This document shows, in pieces, positions 54,011 through 64,000 of a DNA stretch of 64,000 bases. The position numbers were made by a program, and so were the translations under genes. The notes beneath the pieces are model-generated. The model searched no databases, was not told where the DNA came from, and was given only the letters and a program-made list of their open reading frames with translations. Every line of letters begins with the position of its first letter. Positions within the stretch are counted from its first letter, which is position 1. The stretch is from Felis catus (lineage: Eukaryota): positions 78,060,001 to 78,124,000 of the forward strand of contig NC_058368.1 in assembly GCF_018350175.1 (NCBI RefSeq). The letters run 5' to 3'.

Positions 54011-54501
54011 GAGCAATAATATGTGAAACGTCATTGCAAAGTCTCTTTGCGATAATCTAGACTAATTCACTATCTTTCATGAACGATTTCTTTTACCCAC
54101 TAACCACACTGAAAATAAACATCAACCACACACACTGCTTCCCTCTGCAAAGGGAGGCCTGCATAAGAGAGCTTAATCTTATTGTCTGTTATTAAAAAAG
54201 CCACTTTTGGTAACACAGCATATCCGCTTAAAAATCTGACTGCTTTTGGAACAAACCTGATTACACGAAGCACTGTTTATAATAGATAAAATCTTAATGT
54301 CTAAATATTGGGAAAGAGTTGATATGGTCTCTCAGAATAGCATGAAGCCTCTATAAAACAATTTTTGCATAAAAGGCAATAATATATGGCTAAGCTGTTA
54401 ATAGAATTTTAAATAATAAAGGTAGAAAAAATATATATATATATTACTTATGTGCTATTACCTTATGAACCCATACAAGTATTCAAAAGAAAATCAACAC
54501 A

Positions 54502-54985
54502 GGGGCGCCTGGGTGGCTCAGTTGGTTGAGCATCCAGCTTCTTGGTTTTGGCTCAGGTCACGATCTCACAATTTGTGGGATTAAGCCCCACATCAGGCTC
54601 TGCGCTGACAGTGTGGAGCGTGCTTGGGATTCTCTCTCTCTTCCCTCTCTCTCTGCCCCTCCCCTGCTCTCACACATGTGCACACACATGCGCCTGCTCT
54701 TTCTCTCAAAATAAATACATATTTTTTTAAAGATTTAAAAAATTATAAAAAGAAAATTGGGGTGCCTGGGTGGCTCCAGGTTAAGCATCTGACTTCAGCT
54801 CAGGTCACAATCTCATGGTTTGTGAGTTCAAGCCCAGTGTTGGGCTCTGTGCTGACAGCTCAGAGCCTGGAACCTGCTTCGGATTCTGTGTCTCCCTCTC
54901 TCTCTCTGCCCCTCCCTCACTTGTGCTCTGTCTCTCTCTGTCTCTCAAAAATAAATAAATGTAAAAAAAATTAAAAAAAAAAAAA
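54502..54985 (+). mobile_element. Head-to-tail Can-SINE pair (54502-54720; 54759-54985)
   Basis: Outer TSD AAAAGAAAATCAACACA. Confidence 0.92.
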
Positions 54986-55984
54986 GAAAATCAACACACA
55001 TCCCATTATTGCACAGTGACTATCTTAGGGTAATGTTTGTTAGGTTGGGCTTTTTTTTTTTTTTTGATTCATCTTTTTCTAATTCATCTTTTTCTAATTT
55101 TTAAAAAAAAAACACATATTACATTTAAATTCGGAGAGCAAACTGTTTGGTCCAAGCTATTGTAGGGAGTTGTTACGTATTATCCTTCTCTGCCTTTGGC
55201 ACTACTGGTCCTATGAGTGCTCTAGTCCTCTTGATGTATTTTCTGTCCTAAGCATGGATTCAACAACATTTTTGTGATATGTACACAACCATGTACATAA
55301 ACACACAGAGATAAAAATTAAGATAACAGCATAGTATCTTCCATATACAGATATGCATTTACATTATTTTTCATTCTCTTGCATAATTCTATCATGTTGT
55401 TTCAGTGTTACGTTGCTCTTTCTGTGGCTTTCTTCTCTCTCCTCTTGTAAGCCTTTGGGAACATCTCAAGAGAGAAGTGGTGGAGATAATTTGTTTTTTT
55501 ATTGTGTGAAAACACTGACAAATGAAACAAGATGGCTTAAAAACAATCTTCTCCCTTGCAATAGTTTAAATTGGTACATTTCATAACCAAGACCAATCTT
55601 GTTTGCAAAGAAAGGACAAAATTCCCCAGGTAATGACTCCTTAAATTCTGATCGTCCATTTGATACATGGCCAGAAATGTCTTCACAATGTTCCTTCTTG
55701 TCAGAATCAGCAAATTAACTCATGATTCTCAAAATTCATTTTGAGCCCTAGGTTTGGGCATCAATTCAGACTATCAAACCCCATATCCAGAATTTTTCTG
55801 GCCACAAATTTTCCAAGATGAAGAAAAAATAAGGTACAATGAATGGGTTATCACAGGTTTTTAATTGGTCCTTTAGGAAATAACCATGGTTTCTTTATCC
55901 TACTAATAATTTTCAGTGAAAAAGAAGTTCCAGTTTGATTTGCCACAATTTCATAATTGTCATTCATGTTAATGAACCATTTTC

Positions 55985-56722
55985 TGTTGGGGTGCAATTA
56001 TAGACTCTGGGTCTGAAGTTCTCTCTTGTCCAGCAAGAGAGCAGACACAGGATTAAAATGCAAGAGAGGCTAATGTCTGGAAGGAGACAAGAGCCCCGAG
56101 TAAGGGTCCTTGCTCTGTTTTTACTAGGATCAGAAGGCTTACAAACGTTGATGGGTGTGCACAAAGAGACAATAAATCCGTGAGCATTAACTCATGGGTG
56201 TGAGGGAAAGGGGGTTTTGAAGATACGCAATGTCAGGGGGTTGGGTCAATACAAAACAAAGTCCTGGTGTGGAGTTACTTACTGCAGGCTTGAGGCACCA
56301 TGTCTTCAGTTTATCTTAGCTAGCTTAGGGGACAAGAGAGAGCATGCTACCTCAGGGTCAACAGGGCAGCTTTCCTCTGCTAATTAGCTCCACTCAGGGC
56401 AACTTCACCCTGCTGCCTCTAAAGTCCTGTTTACTATTTACCTATTTTGGTCCTTCCTCCCTGTGAAAGCAGCTTTCTGCTATTGTACTAAATTGAGGGG
56501 CTTTTCTGCCCTGAATACCTAATCTTGTTTACCTACTTTTGGATGCTTTCATCCTGAGGCTTCCTATTCCTATACCTTTGTCCTATACTGGGGGCCTTTG
56601 CCCTGTTTACCTAATCTTATTTACCTAGTCTTGGGTGCATTCATCCTGTGGCTTTCTATTTCTTTATGCCTTGTTAACCCATCAGTGCAAGCTCAGCGAA
56701 TTCCTAAAGCTTATTCCCCACA
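55985..56722 (-). mobile_element. Solo ERV LTR (~740 bp, probably carnivore ERV1 type)
   Basis: TG...CA ends with short inverted termini (TGTTGGGG / CCCCACA); candidate AGTAAA poly(A) signal on the minus strand near 56122; internal ~93-bp duplication. Confidence 0.7.
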
Positions 56723-57665
56723 ATCCTCATCACTAACACTCAATGGCACATATTTTTTACTCCCAAAATGCTATAACAGACAGGAGTCTCGACAGTTGAT
56801 AGATCTGGACAGACAGAACTAGCGATTATTGGGAATACACACTTTATGACTCTTGTCACTTTTTGCTTACATGAACTGTGAAATAGTTATTCTGCTTCCC
56901 TTTATAGATATTTGAAAATTAAGACTGAGACCAACTAAGAAACTCAGCTGGGTCACATAATTTACAAGTTGGGGGACTCCTGTGTTCTTCCATGTTTATT
57001 CTAATGTTTCTTCTACTTTGCTTCACAGTTCACTTACCCTCTTACCTCCAACCACTTAAATTCACCCCAAATCTTGATCCTTGATTATGCTTCCAAAATG
57101 CAGTTCTGAGAACACTAGCCCCTGGCTCAAAGTCATCACGCTTCCCATGTCATCTTCAAAGCTTACTAAAATACAGTCCCCAAACTAGCCTTGCAGACTT
57201 ACCTGCCACATTTTAAAACATTTACTGTATTTTCCAATCAAACCAAACTAGCTTATTCATGAACATATTCTATTTCATATCTTTATAACGCATTGTCTCT
57301 AGAAGGTAAAGCTGTCCTACTCGTCACAACTCTCAAGATTACTTCACTCCTAAACCTCATCACAAATGTCCTATCAGTGGAGCTTATCTGATTACCTCTC
57401 AAGCTGAAATGAACTCTTAGGCCACTTTTAATTCCAAATTATATGATGAATGTTTGCACATTCTTTGGGTTTCCAAATGTAAACCCTACCTTGTAACAAA
57501 AAAAAAATGTCAAAGTTTCTTTCAAAGATACCCATAAGTGACACTGTTAAATAAGAATGGACTCTAAATTCATCCAGGTCTGAACCCATGAGAGTAGGTA
57601 TTCTCTCTCCCTGACATCTTCAACTCCTCATATTCTTATAGTTTCTTATTAGAAGTATGAATTCA

Positions 57666-57794
57666 GTGGCGCCTGGGTGGCTCAGTTGGTTACATGTCTG
57701 ACTCTTGATTTAGGCTCAGGTCATGATCTCAGACTTGTGAGATTGAGCCCCACATCTGGCTCTGTGCTGAGCATGGAGCCTGCTTGGGATTCAT

Positions 57795-57836
<42 letters not shown>

Positions 57837-57904
57837 CCTCCCCTACATGCACGGGCAAGCACTCTATCTCTAAAAAATAAGAAATTTTTAAAATTTTTAA
57901 AAAA
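57666..57904 (+). mobile_element. Can-SINE
   Basis: TSD AGAAGTATGAATTCAG. Confidence 0.93.
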
Positions 57905-58134
57905 AGAAGTATGAATTCAGGAAATGCCAGTTAACTTCATTTCACCTTTAAAAAAATTACCTTAAAAATTAAAATAGGCCAATAACACAATTAACCATGC
58001 TTTTAATATTCATGTTTCTCTCTTTCACTCCATTTTTTTTCTTCTGGTGATATTCCATCCTCAGAATTCCTATTTTAAAATAGTGAAGAATCTGATGCAT
58101 ACGTTGGCATGATTTAACTTATGTTTACTTGATT

Positions 58135-58266
58135 CTTTTTAATATTTATTTATTTTTGAAGGAGCAAGTATGAGCAGGGGAGGGGCAGAGACAGAGAGAG
58201 AGAGAGAGAGACAGAGGATCTGAAGCAGGCTCTGTGCTGACAGCAGAGAGCCACCCAGACACCCCT
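58135..58266 (-). mobile_element. Internally deleted Can-SINE
   Basis: ...GACAGCAGAGAGCC is joined directly to ACCCAGACACCCC. Confidence 0.85.
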
Positions 58267-58901
58267 AACTCATTTTTCTTTGTATGCAAAATTTCCACAT
58301 TAACGATTTTAATCTTTAATTGTGTAATGAAAGAAAGAAAATGTTCATTGCATGGAGATAGGCATGATCATTTGGGGAGGAATAAAAGTCCCTTAATCAC
58401 TGAAGTCTTATTAGTAAGCATGTTTGTAAATCATTTTCCAATGGGGTCAGGATAGGCATTATGAGGCTTGGCTACACTCTTCCTTTACTGCTTTCCTTTC
58501 CTCCATGCACATAACCCAGAGGATTTCATGGTTCCAGAGACATCCATGGAGTGTTCTCTCACCATACCTTTGTGCCCATCTTGTTGTGGATCCAACGCTC
58601 CCTCCTGCAGCAACCTCACTGACTATAGAGTTTCAACCCTACGCCCGCTAATCTCCCTGGAAGGAGGAAGACCACAGAGGCATCAGCCTCTGGTTCAGGA
58701 TGCCCGAGTTAGTTATGACCCAGGAGGGAACAGCCCATTGGCTATGGCTGCCACATACCTGGCCCGACACCACAGCTCTTCCACCACGGCCCTTAGCCAA
58801 AGACAGGTTGGTGAGAAATTACAAAGGTCTGGCTATACTGGTCCAACTCAAGACAATTACGAAAGGCCGCTCTGTTTCCAGAACCTAATTTTCTATGCAT
58901 T

Positions 58902-59015
58902 GTAGTTTGGGTTTCCTGAGAAGCAAAATCTGTGGGAGAGTTTAGCATGAAGGATGTTTATTAAGACATGCCTTTGGGGCCAAACCTTGTGGAAGGAAGG
59001 GAAAGGGCAGAATCA
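58902..59015. mobile_element. ERVL-type LTR fragment (LTR33/41-like)
   Basis: TGGGTTTCCTGAGAAGCAAAATCTG...GATGTTTATT...CCTTGTGGAAGG. Confidence 0.45.
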
Positions 59016-59472
59016 AGGAATCTAAGTACTCTGAGTGTCTGTCCCTGTATACGTATGTGCTCATGTGCCTGGTGATTAGTTTCTGCTCCAGTTACAACAG
59101 AAAAAAAAAAAAAATGGACGGGCAAAAAACAAAACAAGTCTGGATTATGTCAAAGCAGTATTTCCATTTCTACATAAAATTCTGGAGTTGCTGAATGTTG
59201 GGCTTATCTCATTGGTCATCATGGTGGGTTTAGAGAACAGAGGTCAGATTCTAGGGCATCACTCAGATAATTGTAATTGAGGGTGCTTACTTGTACACTT
59301 GCTTTCTATTTGCCTCTGCCCCTTGGATGTGAGAGCTCTGTGAAGTCAGGGACATTTTCTGATGACCTAGACACTAAAAGTTTATGTTGCATAAAATTTA
59401 TTAACAATTAATTGTTAATAATTGTTGAATGAATTACCAAATTGTTTTTTATATGATGGTCTGAATAAGAGC

Positions 59473-59475
<3 letters not shown>

Positions 59476-59516
<41 letters not shown>
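59476..59516. repeat. (CA)~20 microsatellite
   Basis: Direct reading. Confidence 0.95.
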
Positions 59517-59519
<3 letters not shown>

Positions 59520-60216
59520 TTTATTGTCTGGTGTTCATTTTTCATGGCTGTCTGTTCACAATTTATACAAATTAGGCAGCACATTGCCCTGAGACATTTT
59601 TGTTACATGATTATTGCCAGAATGGCAAATACTTAAAATTTAGGGTCATGTCTGCAGGAAAAACTGCTAAACTGACTGTGAAAATCCAGTCTTTTGGCAC
59701 TGGAGCACTGGTAAAAGAAAAGATCAGAGATGCGGACCATGTATCAGAAATGGCCTGGTGCCACGTTCTACGTACCACACAGCCTTTTCCCTGCGGTATA
59801 CCTCCCCTCTGTCCTTCCTTCCTTTATTATAAATCAATATCCACATTATCAATATAGTTCATTTTCAAAATCAGCCTTAATAAGAGAAAGATTATTAAAT
59901 TCAGAAAAAAACCATGGCAGGCTTTTCCCAACAGCTCTATAAAGGCAGAAAGTATGATTATAGGCCAGTTATAGTCTTCCTGTTAAAAATATTCTGCCAA
60001 TAACAAATGTATTCCATGCTCACTGTAAAAAATGCATAAAAGTATAAAGAAAATAATTGCTTCCCTTTATTCCCACTAGTAAGAGAGAGAAGCATTTTTT
60101 TTTAATGTTTCGTGTTTGGATTATTTTTCCCTTATGGTCTTTATGGGTATGTGCGTGTATGCACGTATGTGCACATGTGTCAGGTCTGGATTTCTCTACA
60201 GCATTTAAAGAATAAG

Positions 60217-60412
60217 GGGCACCTGGGTGGCTCAGTTGGTCAAGTGTCAGACTTCAGCTCAGGTCATGATCTCACAGTTCATGAGTTTGAGCCCCACATC
60301 GAGCTCACTGCTGTCAGTGTGGAAAATGCTTTGGATCCTCTCTCTTTTTCTGCCCCTCCCCTGCTAATGCTCTTCCTCTCTCTCTCAAAAATAAGCATTA
60401 AAAATTTTTTTA
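60217..60412 (+). mobile_element. Can-SINE
   Basis: Full head and tail. Confidence 0.92.
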
Positions 60413-61689
60413 AAGAAGTACCACTTTTTAATTTATATCATCAAACCAGCTCTTCCTGAAGAGCCCTCTCCTCGAGACTGGGGAGAAGTGTTGTTTTCAG
60501 GATTCCCTATCAGGTCCTTTTATCAGAGAAACCTCAGCATTTCTATCTGTCCAGACAGCCGGGAAGACCCTGGCCTCTGGTCAACGCGCTGGTCTCCTTA
60601 TCATTAGGCATCCGACCCAACAGTATGAAATCTGTTTGAGGGTTGACAGCTTCTCTACAAATGCAACATTCTTTCAGCCAAGTTTGGTCACCCGGGAATT
60701 TCACATCAGTTCTACAGTCTCTTTAATTGGCTCCTATACTTAGTTTTAGTTACATTTTATATTTGTACCAAATTTTCAAGCAAAGTTACAAATCCTAAAG
60801 GAACAAATTTTGGTCCATTTATCTGAACTTTCAAGACAACGTTATCTTTCACTTCTTCAAAAATATGCCTTTATAAATCTCCTCTTGGAGTTATCCATTG
60901 ATTATCCTTAGACTTAAAATTTTCCCTTTACCAAATGCAAGCCTGTGGCTGTCTATTGACCTGATTTCTGGCCAAATCCTCTTAGGTCTCCCACTGGATA
61001 GCACAATGTTGTGCAGTGTTCCTAAATGATTTCCTTGTGTCTAGAGGGTTTTATCTAGTGCCACTTTGCTACTGGAAAGGGGATCATCCCCTGCGTCAAT
61101 TGTCTGGGTGTCTAACATGCTGAACGAATGCCATACAGACATCTTATTACTCCTGTCATTAAGATAAAAATAGTTACTTTAGAAAAGAGCATCTGAGCAT
61201 TACCAGCCCAACTTCCCCTCTACATCCATCAGTCACGGAGAAAGTAATGTCAAAGACACAAAGTCACTCATCTCAAGTTTATCAAGCGGTAGGCTTGATG
61301 TTTCTGAGCACGATGAAGCAGCAGGGACTCCCACACCCATGCCAAGAACTGGAGGGAGACTGATGGATTTGCCAACTAACAAAAGGCCTGTTGACAGCGT
61401 ATAAGGCCACGGAAACTGTCTGGCTGATGGTGTGAAGCAGGAAGTCAGACCAGAATGAAGGAAGGCTGGACGAAGGCTGGCCCAGGGAGGGAGGGGTCGC
61501 AGGGGAAGAGAAGGCTGGACCAGCGACGGGGACAGGGGAAGGGGGACAGATTCGGGTGTGCCCTTTTCTCGCCGCAACACTGCTGGGGGAAGGCCACAGG
61601 CTCCATCACCACAGTGTGGAACTCAGAAAGGACGGAGGTGATCAGTGGGTACAAATCAACCGGCGGACATTTCAGCTTCAACTAGATCC

Positions 61690-62490
61690 TAAACCTCTGC
61701 CACCTCAAACGCAAGAGGACCTCGACGCAGTAAGATGACCTTTGAAAAACAGCAGTGCAGGGTCGGAGGCGCGGCGGTAGAATGCCGGAGAACTTCTGTC
61801 TCGAGACTTGCCCAAAACGCCCTAAATTCATCACAAGCAGCCAAGGACACGCACAATGTTTACAAAAGCCGGCGCAGCACACCCACCGGCGGAGGGACCC
61901 GAGCCGAGGGCCTGGGCGCCACGTGCTCCGCGAGCCGCAGGGTGGGACTGCAGCCCCGCCCCCAGGTCTCACCTGTTGCACCCCGTGCCCCGCATAGCGT
62001 CCTCGTCCTCGGGCCTGCACGGCGACTCCCCTGAACGTCCACTGAGGGAGGGTGGAGGCCTCCGGACCCCAGCCCGGGTCTCCCAGCTACCGCGAGCTCC
62101 GCTGGGGAGGGCCCTGGAAAGCACCAGAAGCAGCAGCAGGGCGAGCACAAGCCACCTCCCTTCGGCTTCATCCCTCTGGGAGCAGTGGGCGGGGCCTCTG
62201 ACAAAGGAGGGGCCACATCCGCGCCTGCGCACTTCAGCGAAGGAGACTGGGGCGTTTCCGGCCACCTCCTTTGCTGTGGTGCCGCGCTGCATTCCGGGAG
62301 TCACATGGCCTGAGGGGCGTCGGGCTGCCGGGGGTTGGCCAAGACCAGAGTCTCCCGCAGGCAGCGAACTGGAGCTCTGCAGCCTAAGGCCTGTTCCCTT
62401 AAAGGGTAGGCATGGGCCCCAGTGGGTGGGCTCCAAACCCAGCAGTGAGAGAGCTGGAAGTGATGGGCGCATGCGCTGCTGAAACCTCAG
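61690..62490. promoter_or_regulatory. Orphan CpG-island-like element with promoter motifs
   Basis: GC/CpG-rich block. NRF1 motifs GCGCCTGCGCA (62221) and GCGCATGCGC (62467); GC boxes (61954, 62187); ETS TTCCGG (62256); E-box CACGTG (61920); ZNF143-like GCTGCATTCCGGGAGTC (62286). Confidence 0.65.
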
Positions 62491-62954
62491 GGCGGGAAGA
62501 GAGTTAAGGACAGAGGCCACAGGAGGGACTCCCCCAGCTAGGACGAGACAAGGCATCTCTTTTTGACATTGTTTTATGGTTTTGAGACTGTCGGGGAATT
62601 GTGCTGATTGGTGCAGAGCCCATGTTTATGTGACACCGGGGATTATTGTGGCCCAGGGGCCTGTGCCTCGGGACCTGGGTTTCCACCGTGGGACTGCTTT
62701 TGTTTCCCAGCAAGCGGGCCCAGAGTAGGCTGGAGTTGGGAAAGGAAGCTGGAAAGAGCCTCCAGACCTGCTCTGGGAAGACAGGATGTTGTTGATGCCC
62801 ACATGTTAGGATAAGTCCTGGCAGATCCCTCGGGGAGGCCTTTTACCTGCACCTGTATCTTTCAGACCACAGCAGGCCCAGGACACGTTGTCAACTCAAA
62901 GGCAGATTCTAGCTTTGTGAATGACGTGAAGTCAGGTGTAGCACTAGAGGGGGT

Positions 62955-63187
62955 TTTCTTTCTTTCTTTTTTATTTTTTTTATTTGTTAACATTTATTCA
63001 TTTTGGAGAGACAGAGTGTGAGGGAGGGAGGGGCACAGAGATAGGGAGACACAGAATCTGAAGCAGGCTCCAGGCTCCGAGCTGTCAGCACAGAGCCCCG
63101 ATGCAGGGCTCAAACTCACAAGACTGTGAGATCATGACCTGAGCTGAAGTCGGACGCTTAACGGAGTGAGCCACCCAGGTGCCCCCC
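62955..63187 (-). mobile_element. Can-SINE (SINEC_Fc-like)
   Basis: Reverse head ...CCACCCAGGTGCCCC. Confidence 0.93.
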
Positions 63188-63319
63188 TACAGGGTGTTTT
63201 CCAACTTCAAAAGCAATTTTAATAGAAGAAGAAAATTGGTAGTATTTTCAAGTGTGTAAGTAAACAATGTTAAAACTGTAGTTTTGTATTCAGCTCAATC
63301 ATCATTGGATTATTTCATT

Positions 63320-63501
63320 TCTCTAAAATGTTTATTTAAGAGAGAGAGAGAAGAGGCAGAGACAAAGGAGAGAGAGAGAATCCCAAGCAGGCTCCGCACT
63401 CAGCACAGAGCCCGATGCAGGGCTTGAACCCACTAACCCTGAGATCATGACCTCAGCCAAAATCAAGGGTCAGACGCTTAACTGAGCTACCCAGATGCCC
63501 C
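63320..63501 (-). mobile_element. Can-SINE
   Basis: TSD TGGATTATTT. Confidence 0.9.
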
Positions 63502-63536
63502 TGGATTATTTTTATTTCTTAAATGACAAATCTTAG

Positions 63537-63792
63537 GTGGAATTTAAGATGAACATGGGGCTGGGGGTGGCGGGGAGAGAGTGGCAAACCATAAAATAGA
63601 CTCTAAGCTCTAGAGAACAAACTGAAGGTTGCTAGAGGGAAAGGTAATGGGCTAAATGGAAAATAGATATTAAGGGAGGCACTTGTGATGAGCAACTGGG
63701 TGTTGTATGTAAGTGATGAATCATTCATTTCTACTCTTGAAACTAACTAGAATTAAGTAAATTAAATAAATAATTGAAGACAGAAAAAAAAA
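63537..63792 (+). mobile_element. 5'-truncated carnivore L1 3' UTR
   Basis: GAGAACAAACTGAAGGTTGCTAGAGGG...CACTTGTGATGAGCA...GGTGTTGTATGTAAGTGATGAATCA, then A tail; TSD-like GACAAAT(A)CTTAG. Confidence 0.85.
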
Positions 63793-63901
63793 AAAGACAA
63801 ATACTTAGACTGGTCCAAAAAAAAAAAAGAAAGAAAAAAACCATCAAGTCTAAACATATGCCATTTATTAGAGACAATGAGAGTTAAAACAAAGAGATGT
63901 C

Positions 63902-64000
63902 GGGGGCACCTGTGTGGCTCAGTCGGTTAATCGTCCAACTTCGGCTCAGGTCATGATCTCGCAATTTGTGAGTTCCAGCCCCACATCAGGCTCTGTGTTG
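63902..64000 (+). mobile_element. Can-SINE, cut by the window edge
   Basis: GGGGCACCTGTGTGGCTCAGTCGGTTAA head. Confidence 0.9.

Noticed and set aside
61682..62556. 208-aa and 195-aa ORFs in the distal GC-rich block
   Set aside because: They have low-complexity P/R/A/G composition, several frames are open at once as expected for CpG islands, and I recognise no homology.
1..64000. CRISPR arrays, operons or other prokaryotic-type systems
   Set aside because: The sequence is clearly mammalian. The recurring ~200-bp units are dispersed SINEs, not repeat-spacer arrays.

Overview
This is mammalian genomic DNA, almost certainly from a felid or feliform carnivore, judged by about 27 feliform-type Can-SINE (SINEC_Fc-like) copies. 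One protein-coding gene is recognisable: the first coding exon of NALF1 (FAM155A, NALCN channel auxiliary factor 1) on the minus strand. Its ATG is at 16628 and its phase-0 GT donor follows 15696, giving 311 codons that include a 35-residue Q/R/H tract. Bases 1-15695 are intron 1 and about 15.8-18.7 kb is the CpG island/promoter. The remaining ~45 kb upstream is mostly transposon debris (Can-SINE, L1, L2, MIR, MLT1, hAT fossils, a solo ERV LTR). The most interesting signals are regulatory: (1) a 19/21 REST/RE1 site in intron 1; (2) a uORF cluster, including one uORF whose stop overlaps the NALF1 start (ATGA); (3) a strong splice acceptor in the 5' leader; (4) an orphan housekeeping-type CpG island at ~61.7-62.5 kb carrying a minus-strand CAG|GTGAGA donor, which could be a distal alternative NALF1 promoter or a lncRNA promoter. 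Repeat family names come from recalled consensus sequences, not from a search, and repeat boundaries are approximate. I found no unambiguous novel protein-coding system.
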